Source: an uncultured bacterium
GTDB taxonomy: Bacteria; Fidelibacterota; Marinisomatia; Marinisomatales; UBA1611
DNA length: 64,000 nucleotides
Reading direction: 5' to 3'
Assembly (NCBI GenBank): GCA_943788175.1
Contig: CALSPG010000005.1
Span: 352,001 to 416,000 of the forward strand
Both the position numbers and the translations under genes were made by a program. Shown here piece by piece: positions 40,113 through 49,302 of the stretch. Under the pieces are notes generated by a model. The model had not been told where the DNA came from. It searched no databases and saw only the letters and a list, made by a program, of their open reading frames with translations. Each line of letters begins with the position of its first letter. Position 1 is the first letter of the stretch.

Positions 40113-40997
40113 ATGGATGATATAAAAACAGATCAACAAAAGAAGAGCGAAAATAGCAGGATATATGTCCTATTTTACTCTTTCTTTTTAATACCTTTTA
40201 TGATAGCTGTTTTTGGAGCGGTATTTTTCTTGCTATTCAAATTTGTTACTTACGAAACAAACGATGTTGAAAAATTATTAAACCAAGTAAAAATTGGATC
40301 TGCATCTAAGAGGTGGCAGTCCGCATTTGAGCTTGCTAAGGTTTTAAATAATCCTGATAAAGATCCACTCTCTGCTTCTTTTAAGGATCAGCTTTCTTCG
40401 GCTTACACAAGATCTATTCACGACGATCCGCTAGTTAGGTCTTATTTAGCAATGGCCATGGGAGCGACGCAAGATACGATATTTGGACAGGATTTGATAT
40501 TGGGATTAAAGGATGAAAGCATTGAAACGAGAATCGCGGCGGTTCAAGCGCTGGGTATGATTCAGTATGCTCCTGCCGTTGATCCTATTAATAAATTAAT
40601 TCAATCTACAGATACTGAAACTGAAAGGTTGTCAGCTACAATATCGTTAGGTATGATTGGAGATAGTAAGGCGATTCCCTTCTTGGAAGTTTTGCTTGAG
40701 GATGAGGAGGCAAATATTCGATGGGATGCCGCAATCGCTCTAGCTAAAATGGGGAATAATAGCGGCGCTTATATAATTGAAGGTCTCTTAGACAGAGAGT
40801 ATTTAAATAAATTTAGTCAGATTGATCCTATTGAGCAGAAAAAAGTTCTAATGGTTGCAATAAAAACAGCTTCTATTTTGTTTGATAAAAGGTTCGAAGA
40901 TGATTTAATTTCATTATCTAAAAATGATGCAGATCTCAAAATTAGAGATGCTGCAATTAAAGCTTTGAAAAATAATTATAGTAATGGAACCAATTAA
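40113..40997 (+). CDS. Membrane-anchored HEAT-repeat protein
   Basis: N-terminal TM; repeats RWQSAFEL, RIAAVQALG, IRWDAAIALAKMG, IRDAAIKAL. Confidence 0.85.
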   Translation: MDDIKTDQQKKSENSRIYVLFYSFFLIPFMIAVFGAVFFLLFKFVTYETNDVEKLLNQVKIGSASKRWQSAFELAKVLNNPDKDPLSASFKDQLSSAYTRSIHDDPLVRSYLAMAMGATQDTIFGQDLILGLKDESIETRIAAVQALGMIQYAPAVDPINKLIQSTDTETERLSATISLGMIGDSKAIPFLEVLLEDEEANIRWDAAIALAKMGNNSGAYIIEGLLDREYLNKFSQIDPIEQKKVLMVAIKTASILFDKRFEDDLISLSKNDADLKIRDAAIKALKNNYSNGTN

Positions 40998-40999
40998 TT

Positions 41000-41554
41000 A
41001 TGAGTGAGCCTAAAAATAATATTGCACCTAGGGCAGCCGTAGGCGCTGTGAGTAAGGGTCGTAAGACAACAATGGAAAGGCGTAGCTTTTTTAGCTGGCT
41101 TGCTGTTGGCTGGATAGGTTTTGCGGGAGTTACTGGAGGGTTTTTTACAATTATTCTTCGCTATCTCTATCCAAATGTGCTTTTTGAGCCGCCTCAATCT
41201 TTTAAAATAGGATTTGCAGATAAGTTTGCTCCAAACTCCGTAGACATAAGTTATAAAAAAGAGTTTAACGCTTGGATTGTTAGAGATGATGAATCAATCT
41301 TTGCGCTCTCTACAGTATGTACTCATCTAGGTTGCACGCCAAATTGGTTGGCTACTGATAATAAATTTAAATGCCCCTGTCATGGAAGTGGCTTTAGAAT
41401 GACTGGAATACATTTTGAAGGTCCAGCTCCACGTCCTCTTGAGAGGTTTAAAATAGGGGTTGCTGATGATGGTCAAATTCTTGTTGATAAAACTAAAAGT
41501 TATAAATGGGAAAAAGGTGAATGGGAGAATAAAGATTCTTTCTTAAAGGTTTAG
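41000..41554 (+). CDS. Rieske [2Fe-2S] subunit of a Rieske/cytochrome b complex
   Basis: Tat-like RRSFF plus TM; CTHLGC and CPCHGS; GPAPRPL. Confidence 0.95.
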   Translation: MSEPKNNIAPRAAVGAVSKGRKTTMERRSFFSWLAVGWIGFAGVTGGFFTIILRYLYPNVLFEPPQSFKIGFADKFAPNSVDISYKKEFNAWIVRDDESIFALSTVCTHLGCTPNWLATDNKFKCPCHGSGFRMTGIHFEGPAPRPLERFKIGVADDGQILVDKTKSYKWEKGEWENKDSFLKV

Positions 41555-41556
41555 AA

Positions 41557-42348
41557 ATGAGCGATAAAAACGACAAATCATTATTAGAAAAAATGGAAGA
41601 GTCCCAGGTTTGGAAGTCCATCATAAGATCTGGTATTCCTCGAACAAGAAGGCAACGTATGCACGCAATTCTTGGCAGCGTTTTCCTTCACTTGCATCCT
41701 GCCCGCTTGCCCAAGCATGCTGTTAAAGTTGGGTATACCTGGTGCATGGGTGGATTATCTTTCTTCCTTTTTGTTAATCTAACAATTACCGGCATATTGC
41801 TTATGTTTTATTATCGGCCCACAGTAGAATATGCATTCACTGATATAATTGATTTATCCGAGCAAGTTCCATTAGGTATAATGAGAGAACTGCACCGCTG
41901 GGCAGCTCATTCAATGGTTTTAATTGTGTGGCTTCACATGGTAAGAGTATTTATGACTGGTTCTTACAAGCCTCCTAGAGAATTTAATTGGGGTATTGGT
42001 GTTATTTTAATGGTACTAACGATGTTACTCTCATTTACAGGCTATTTACTTCCATGGGATCAATTAGCAATTTGGGCTGTAACTGTTGGTTCAAATATGG
42101 CGAGAGCAACCCCTTTTCTTGGTAATGAAGGTCCTGGTGCTGCTCTTCTAGCAATCGGTGATATTAATTTAATTCATGTAGGTTCAGATGTGAGGTTCGC
42201 ACTGCTGGGTGGCCGTTTTGTTGGAGAAGCAACTCTCTTGAGATTCTATGTTCTTCATTGTATAGCAATCCCCTTCGTTGCGATGATTTTTATGGCTGTT
42301 CATTTTTGGAGGATTAGAAAAGATGGAGGTATCTCTGGTCCTTTGTAA
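41557..42348 (+). CDS. Cytochrome b, N-terminal (b6-like) subunit
   Basis: WCMGG, ELHRWAAH...WLHM, GYLLPWDQ, RFYVLH...VHF..IRKDGGISGPL. Confidence 0.95.
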   Translation: MSDKNDKSLLEKMEESQVWKSIIRSGIPRTRRQRMHAILGSVFLHLHPARLPKHAVKVGYTWCMGGLSFFLFVNLTITGILLMFYYRPTVEYAFTDIIDLSEQVPLGIMRELHRWAAHSMVLIVWLHMVRVFMTGSYKPPREFNWGIGVILMVLTMLLSFTGYLLPWDQLAIWAVTVGSNMARATPFLGNEGPGAALLAIGDINLIHVGSDVRFALLGGRFVGEATLLRFYVLHCIAIPFVAMIFMAVHFWRIRKDGGISGPL

Positions 42349-42372
42349 AAGGTTTTTGAGTTTTTAGATACA

Positions 42373-43494
42373 ATGAACATAACCGCATTAAAATCATTAA
42401 TTGATGCCCTTTCTGCACCGACAATTAGTTTTACAATATTAACCGTAATATTTCCTTTTATTTTTCCGCCATCAGACTGGTTTGAAAAAATTCATAGAAA
42501 GTCAGGGTTGTGGAGAATCTGGACAAAGTTAGGTGGCGTTATAGGAATGATTCTAATCACTGCATTTTTTGTGATTGGTTATTTTGATCCATATTTTAAT
42601 AAGACTTTAACGAAAGCCGATAACTTCCCAATAGTTTTAATGATTTATTCAATGTGGTTTTACATATGGTTAGGTATGTTTAAAGCTTACAGGAATGATA
42701 TTAGGTTAGATCAAGGCCTCAAGCCGAATGAATATAATGACCCTGATGACAAAGTGTTGGTTTGGCCTGACTTAGTTTATATCGAGTTTATTGCTTTAAT
42801 ATTATTTCAAGTTTTTTTGATCGTCTGGTCTATAATAGTAGCTGCTCCAATTGAAGAACCTGCTAACCCTGCTGCTACTCCGAATCCTTCAAAAGCGCCA
42901 TGGTACTTTTTAGGTTTGCAAGAAATGTTAGTTTACTATGATCCATGGATTGCAGGTGTCTTACTTCCAACATTCATTATTGTGGGATTAATGGCAATAC
43001 CTTACGTTGACATTAATAAGAAAGGTGATGGTTATTACTCTTTTAGAGAAAGAAGGGTAGGGATGTTTATTTTTATGTATGGCTGGGTTGTATTGTGGCT
43101 ATTCCTTATCATCATTGGAACTTTCTTCAGAGGTCCAAATTGGAACTTCTTTGGGCCATTTGAATATTGGGATATCCATAAAGTAGAAGCGCTAACTAAT
43201 GTGAATCTATCTGAACTATTGTGGGTGAAATGGTTTAATCAGGGACTCCCATCGAATATTCTTATCAGAGAAGGTCTGGGTTTTGTAATTACTGGGTTGT
43301 ACTTATTTATTTTACCTGTTGTATTAGCAAAGACGTATTTAAAAGATATGTACGCAGCTTATGGCCCTACCAGGTTTGTAACTATAATGATGCTGGGGCT
43401 CGTTATGCTTGCGCTACCAATTAAAATGTATCTGCGTTGGGTTTTTAATCTCCAATATATAATCGCCATACCAGAATGGTTTTTTAATATTTAA
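42373..43494 (+). CDS. Cytochrome b subunit IV-like protein with extra TM helices
   Basis: VWPDL, PANPAATPNPSKAPWYFLGLQE, IPYVD. Confidence 0.88.
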   Translation: MNITALKSLIDALSAPTISFTILTVIFPFIFPPSDWFEKIHRKSGLWRIWTKLGGVIGMILITAFFVIGYFDPYFNKTLTKADNFPIVLMIYSMWFYIWLGMFKAYRNDIRLDQGLKPNEYNDPDDKVLVWPDLVYIEFIALILFQVFLIVWSIIVAAPIEEPANPAATPNPSKAPWYFLGLQEMLVYYDPWIAGVLLPTFIIVGLMAIPYVDINKKGDGYYSFRERRVGMFIFMYGWVVLWLFLIIIGTFFRGPNWNFFGPFEYWDIHKVEALTNVNLSELLWVKWFNQGLPSNILIREGLGFVITGLYLFILPVVLAKTYLKDMYAAYGPTRFVTIMMLGLVMLALPIKMYLRWVFNLQYIIAIPEWFFNI

Positions 43495-43509
43495 TGTTGA
43501 GTATAGAAA

Positions 43510-46491
43510 ATGTTTAAGAACGACGAACGATATTGGGACATTAATTTATTAAATAAATGGTTTGCCATCTCATCCCTAGTTTTCCTTGCTGTAATTGTTT
43601 GGATGTTTATCGACGATAATGACGATGAATTCAAAGAATATCAAAAGGAGTTTAGAAAACTACAAGTTGATATTACCAAAAGTAAATTAGAAGAAGAACA
43701 GTCTCTAGTTGAGGGTAAAGCCGAAGAGTTTGAAGCAGCACTAGCTGAAGCTGTAAAAATATTTGATCAAAAGTCTGAAAAAGTAAAAAATATAAATAGT
43801 GAATTAGGCGAGCTTAGAGCAGGATTCTATAATACCAATCTTACTTATTCTGCGAAAAAAGCGAAGCTAGATGTCTTAAAATTTGAATTAGAGAGTGCTA
43901 ATCTTAAAAGTGGCAATGAAGCTGATGAAATAAGACAAAACTATGAACAAAAATTAGCTTCTTTTGATGAAATCAAACTAAATAAAGAGCAATATGAGCT
44001 TGACATTGCAGCTCTAGAAACACAACTCAAAGGCCTTAAAGCTGATATTAAGTCTGCTCAAAGTGATAGAGATAAAGTGCTTAAGCAGGTTGATCTTGCG
44101 CAAAATAAACTTTCGCTGTTAGACCGGTCGGAAATGTCATTCATGAATAAGTTGGGGGACATCGTAAGAGATCTTCCTATTTTAGATTTTATGGATCCTT
44201 ATTATAAAGTAAAGCAAACGGTTGTAAAAGACGTATTATATGACGTTAACTTTACTGCCATGCCTGCTGTAGACCGCTGTACTAGTTGTCATTTAGGTAT
44301 AGCAAACCCTGATTTTAAAGACGCTGAGCAGCCTTACACAACACATCCTGACTTAGATCTATATTTGACCAGCAAATCACCGCATCCTGAAGAGTCGTTT
44401 GGTTGTACATCATGCCATTCAGGTAGAAGTAGAGGTACATCATTTATTTCATCAGCTCATACGCCAAATACTCCTCAACAGAAAAAGGAGTGGAAAGATA
44501 AGTATCATTGGAAACCCGTAAAGCATTGGTTGCAACCAATGTTACCAACTAGATACACTCAAGCTAGTTGTTTTAAGTGTCACCAAAATACAAGCGATTT
44601 AGCTGGTGCAGAAAAAATTAACTTAGGGCTTACACTGATCGATCGATCGGGTTGTAACGGTTGTCATGTTTCGGGCAACTGGGAGGCAAAGGGAAAATCG
44701 GGGCCAGATTTAAGAAAATTACATGAAAAGTCTCATCCTGAGTGGGTATCAAAATGGATTAAAAATCCGCGTAGCTTTAGATATAATACTCGTATGCCTC
44801 ATATTTTTGAGCAAGCAAATCAAGAAAAACCTAACATTGCTAAACGTAACATAACTGAAATAGCTTCAATTACTCATTATTTATTTGAAGATAAAGAAGT
44901 GAAAAAATCCATGAATCCCTCAAAGTATTTAGGGAATCCTGCTAATGGTCAAAATTTATTTTCTGCCATTGGATGTATGGGTTGTCATGTTAAAGAACAA
45001 GACCCTTCTCTTGCTCCGTCTCCTTCTACATTTAAAGAGCTTACAAAGCTTCAAGGCCCAAATCTGATTGGGATGGGTTCAAAAGTCACACCAGAATGGT
45101 TATTTAATTGGCTTAAAAAACCTCATGAATATATGCCATCTACAAGAATGCCAGACTTACGTTTGAGTGACAGTGATGCTAGAGACATTACTGCTTACCT
45201 TTATGATAATAAAAATTATGATTTTGACCAATTAGATGCTCCAGTGGCAAATGATGAGGTGCTCGATGAGCTTACTTTAGATTGGTTGATGAAAATGAAT
45301 CCTGAAAAATACGCGATTGAAAAAGCATCAAAGATGAGTAAAAATGATAAAATGTCATTTGTTGGTGAAAAAAGCATTAGACATTATGGTTGTTATGGCT
45401 GTCATAATATAGATGGTTTTATGGATGCGAAGCCCATCGGTGTTGAAATAACGCAAGAAGGTTCCAAACCTGTGGATAAATTTGATTTTGGCCTTTATCA
45501 TGATATACCCCACACTATCCATGATTGGATTGAAAACAAATTACGCACTCCTAGAATATATGATCGAGGTAAAGAGAGTGGGCCTCTAGATTTATTAAGG
45601 ATGCCTAATTTCCATTTTTCAGAAGAAGAGATTGAAGCAGTTACTATGGCAGTACTTTCTTTTAACACTGACAAAGTTGGAGAACCCTTATTAGCTCATA
45701 AAAAAGTACCTGAAAGCAATAAAGAAGGTCATCGATTAGTTAAAAAGTATAATTGCCAAGGATGTCACCTAATTGAAAATAGAGGAGGGCAACTAGTTGA
45801 GCAGATTGGCTCTCCTGAATATGGGCCTCCAAACTTGCATTCTCAAGGTAGAAAAACAAATCCTAATTGGTTGATTAAATTTTTTAATAATCCAATGACT
45901 GTCAGGCCTAATCTCCAAGTTAGGATGCCTAGCTTTCATCAAATTGATGATCAAGAATGGGATACTATCATTAAATACTTTCAGAGCATTGACGACGAAA
46001 ATACTGGTTATAGAGCACCGCATCAATATGCAGAGAGCAGTAGCTAAATTTAAAGCGGGTGAAAAAGTTCATGAGATAGGTGCTTGTAACAACTGTCACT
46101 TCTATGGCACAGAAATTTCCGACACAAGTTGCTTCGACTTGGGCTCCTAATCTTGCTCTTACAAAAGAGCGTCTTAACCCAGAATGGGTTGTTGATTGGC
46201 TTAGAAACCCTCAAGAAATTATGCCTGGGACAAAAATGCCGGCTCCTTATCTTACCTACTCCTGATGTTCTTGAAACCAGTGATGCTATAGATGTTTGGG
46301 GCAAAGACCTTGTTAAACTTAAAGGAAACCAAGAAGCTATGCTTGAAGGTCTTAGAGATTACATGTGGAATATCAAAGGCAAAGCAGATATTAGTGATGA
46401 GGTAAAAGATTACTTTGATGAAAATGGTTATGACTTTTCAGATGGAAACGATGAAGAAGATGATGAAGACTGGGGCGATGATGATTGGTAA
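43510..46491 (+). CDS. Membrane-anchored multiheme cytochrome c (8 CxxCH), broken by three +1 insertions near the 3' end (about 992 aa if corrected)
   Basis: CTSCH x2, CFKCH, CNGCH, CMGCH, CYGCH, CQGCH in the main ORF plus CNNCH in the 45944 fragment; fragments join at about 46045, 46115 and 46254. Confidence 0.88.
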
Positions 46492-46496
46492 AATAA

Positions 46497-47342
46497 TTAT
46501 TTCATAAATTTTACATAATTATTTAATTCTTTTCCTACCTCGCCAGCTAACCATTCATCACCTTTCCAAACTTTAAGAGTTTTCTGTCTGGTCCAATTAA
46601 TACGGATCTTAAGATTGTGTCCAATGTTGTTTTCTTCTATACCCCAGTATGAAGCTCCCACCTCAGAGGTTAGAGTATATAAATCGCTAGTGTTTTTTAC
46701 GCTAGACCATACCATCCAATTAGGATAATCCTTTATTATGTTTCCATAATATGAATCGAGTATTGTCTGGTGTGTCATAAATATAGTCAAAACTAACCAT
46801 GATAAATTTCAGCTTACTAGAATCTTTGAATTTTCGAGCTAATACACCATTTTTTATTACGACTGCTGGGCACATATTTGGAACAGGACATCTTTGTAAA
46901 AATAAATGAAATAAAAATATAATTATCTCTGAATTGATTTAAACTGGTTAAATCTCCTTTAGTATCGATAAAGTTAACTTCGCTCAATTTTGGCCAATTT
47001 CTTTTTGTTGGTATTCATCTTCATCCCAAAATTCGTCTTCTTCAAATGTTAAAGAACTCTTTCCGAGTTTCTTAAAATTTTCTGCATAACTAGTTCTTTC
47101 TGTTATAATAAAGTCAAAACTGATGCTATCATGTTTTGTTATATTTTTTAAAATAGTTTTGTTTTTAATTTTGAATGGCATGACCATTGGCATCATAAAT
47201 CCACTGATAGAATCGTGGTCTACTAAAATTGACTTTGCATTTTCATCTATATCGAGCACAACACCTGTGACTTCATATACTTTATATGCTTCTGAGCATG
47301 AGAAAAGTAATGGAATAAATAAGTATATAATTTTTTTTTCAT
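46497..47342 (-). pseudogene. CusF-like copper-binding domain/SCO fusion lipoprotein with about six indels (errors or decay; about 281 aa if corrected)
   Basis: Reconstructed MKKKIIYLFIPLLFSC...VDHDSISGFMMPMVMPF...FIFTRCPVPNMCP...SFDYIYDTP...GHNLRSVLIGPD..KVWKGDEW. Confidence 0.8.
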
Positions 47343-47343
47343 T

Positions 47344-47375
47344 AAAAAAAAAGGCGAACTAATTGTTCGCCTTTT
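47344..47375 (-). terminator. Intrinsic terminator after the cupredoxin gene
   Basis: AAAAAAAAAAGGCGAAC-TAATT-GTTCGCCTTTT; gives a T10 tract on the minus strand. Confidence 0.8.
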
Positions 47376-47394
47376 AGATTCTATCAGTAGATAT

Positions 47395-48102
47395 TTATTT
47401 TTTCTTAGGTCTTGAAAAAGTAAAGTCTTTTGTTACCGAACCAGATCCAACCGTAACCTTGTCTACAATAGCTTTTTTCTTAAATTTTTCTTGCCAACAG
47501 ACTACTTCGTACGTTCCTGCTGGTACATTCTTAATTTGATAATTACCGTTTTTATCTGTGACTGAGTAATATGGATGATCAGAAACTAAGACCCAAGTTT
47601 TCATCCATGGATGAACATCACATTTAATGTAGAATGGATCTTCGGACTTATCAAATTTTGCTTTCTTCTGTTTTACAACTTTTGGCATAGCGAAGTTGAA
47701 CTCTTTATTTTTTTTCGGTATTGAGTGAATGTTATGTAATGTGGCATCACTGTTTTTGATAAGTAATTCTTGGCCTGCTTGTATTCCAAAAACATGTGGA
47801 GTATAAACACATCCTTTTTGGTCTAGCTCTACAACTTCTTTAGGTATGCTACCATTGTATTTAACATTTCTAAGGTATACAATGCTTTCAGCTAGTTCTC
47901 CATTTGAATTGACCTTGAAACTTTCAGAAAATACTTTGCCTGAATGTGAAGAACCACAAACTGGATCAGCATCCATTCGAAGAGGTCTTTTTTTTGGTGG
48001 TTTCCCATCATATTTAACTTTACCAACTATATCTCCGGCATTTGCATCTATCATAAAACAAAAAAGTATGAGAAATGTTAGTATACTTTTGAATATATTC
48101 AT
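47395..48102 (-). CDS. Exported, Lys-rich cupredoxin-domain protein (type-1 Cu ligands) within a carboxypeptidase-regulatory-like beta-sandwich
   Basis: Signal peptide; HNIH and CDVHPWM (amicyanin-like C-x2-H-x2-M); TDKNGNYQIKNVPAGTYEV. Confidence 0.8.
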   Translation of the reverse strand: MNIFKSILTFLILFCFMIDANAGDIVGKVKYDGKPPKKRPLRMDADPVCGSSHSGKVFSESFKVNSNGELAESIVYLRNVKYNGSIPKEVVELDQKGCVYTPHVFGIQAGQELLIKNSDATLHNIHSIPKKNKEFNFAMPKVVKQKKAKFDKSEDPFYIKCDVHPWMKTWVLVSDHPYYSVTDKNGNYQIKNVPAGTYEVVCWQEKFKKKAIVDKVTVGSGSVTKDFTFSRPKKK

Positions 48103-48226
48103 GTTAAGAATTCCTTTTATTGCGTTAATTATGTATATAATCTATTACAAACTAGATAATGACTTCAATACTATTAACGCTATTGCAGAACATATCAATA
48201 CTTATTGATTTTTGAGGTTTTAGATT

Positions 48227-48724
48227 ATGTATTCTTTTATGATTATATGTTATTTGCTGATGGTAATTAATTTTGTTGCTATCACTGTTTGTGGTTTAAT
48301 GGGTATCTATGACATGTCATTTTTTGGAGCCAACCATGCTCAGTTTGGGCTTCTTGCAATTTTATTATTTGTATTTACTGAAACTATTGTCATGTATTTT
48401 TTTATTGCGACAGCAAAAAGTATAAAAAATATTTTAATAGAAAGTAATAGTTCAATGTCTGAAGAGCTCTGGAGCCGAATTAAAAATATTAAAAATATTA
48501 TTTTTCCTCAAACAATGCTGACAATTACATTAATTGGATCATTGTACATCTTCTATTTTGGATATGTATCCTCGAATTCAAACAATTCTGATTTTGCATA
48601 TTCTTGGATTTCTCTACCTTTTTTTATTTTATGTTACTTTCATCATCTCTGGACCCTTAAGGTGAAAAATGATTCTTTTAAAATGCAAGTTGGCGTCATC
48701 AAGGATTTACCAAATAACTCTTAA
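48227..48724 (+). CDS. Hypothetical four-TM membrane protein
   Basis: Four hydrophobic segments; His at the edges of TMs. Confidence 0.7.
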   Translation: MYSFMIICYLLMVINFVAITVCGLMGIYDMSFFGANHAQFGLLAILLFVFTETIVMYFFIATAKSIKNILIESNSSMSEELWSRIKNIKNIIFPQTMLTITLIGSLYIFYFGYVSSNSNNSDFAYSWISLPFFILCYFHHLWTLKVKNDSFKMQVGVIKDLPNNS

Positions 48725-48728
48725 AAAA

Positions 48729-48887
48729 ATGTATTACATGGCAAAATCACTTCAACTCCTTGGCATTTTTTCTATACCTATTGGAGTGGTAGTTAAATAC
48801 CCTAAATTAATGGACCCTAAACTGTTGTTGGCGGCTGTAATTATATTTGGCTCGGGAATGGCTATTGAAAAATATTTACTTAAATAA
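48729..48887 (+). CDS. Small two-TM membrane protein
   Basis: MAKSLQLLGIFSIPIGVVV...LLLAAVIIFGSGMAIEKYLLK; start at 48729 or 48738. Confidence 0.6.
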   Translation: MYYMAKSLQLLGIFSIPIGVVVKYPKLMDPKLLLAAVIIFGSGMAIEKYLLK

Positions 48888-48955
48888 GTAATTATTTTAT
48901 GTGATTTTTTTGCCGTAGGGTGATAAATTTACTTCAGATAATAATTGTAATATAC

Positions 48956-49279
48956 ATGGCTAAATATAATCACTTAAAAGGTATTCCTGAGTTACCTGAC
49001 TCTCCGAACATTAAAAAGAAGAGGCCTAAATCTGTAGCTGTCGTTGATGAAGACAATTGCACGGGCTGCCAGGCATGCGTTCCGTTCTGTCCAGTAGATT
49101 GTATTGAATCAGTTCCAAAAGAAAAGTATGGTATACCTATTCCACCCGTTCAAATACGATTTGACGAGTGTATTGGTTGTGTTGTTTGTGCTAGGGTTTG
49201 TACGAAAATGACCTGGGATGCAATAAGAATGATTGATACAGATACTTTTGAAGATTTGTACGGAATGAAAATAAATTAA
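48956..49279 (+). CDS. 2x[4Fe-4S] ferredoxin
   Basis: CTGCQACVPFCP and CIGCVVCARVC; probable start ATG 48956. Confidence 0.9.
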   Translation: MAKYNHLKGIPELPDSPNIKKKRPKSVAVVDEDNCTGCQACVPFCPVDCIESVPKEKYGIPIPPVQIRFDECIGCVVCARVCTKMTWDAIRMIDTDTFEDLYGMKIN

Positions 49280-49302
49280 ATCAAAGTTATCGGAGCAATA
49301 AA

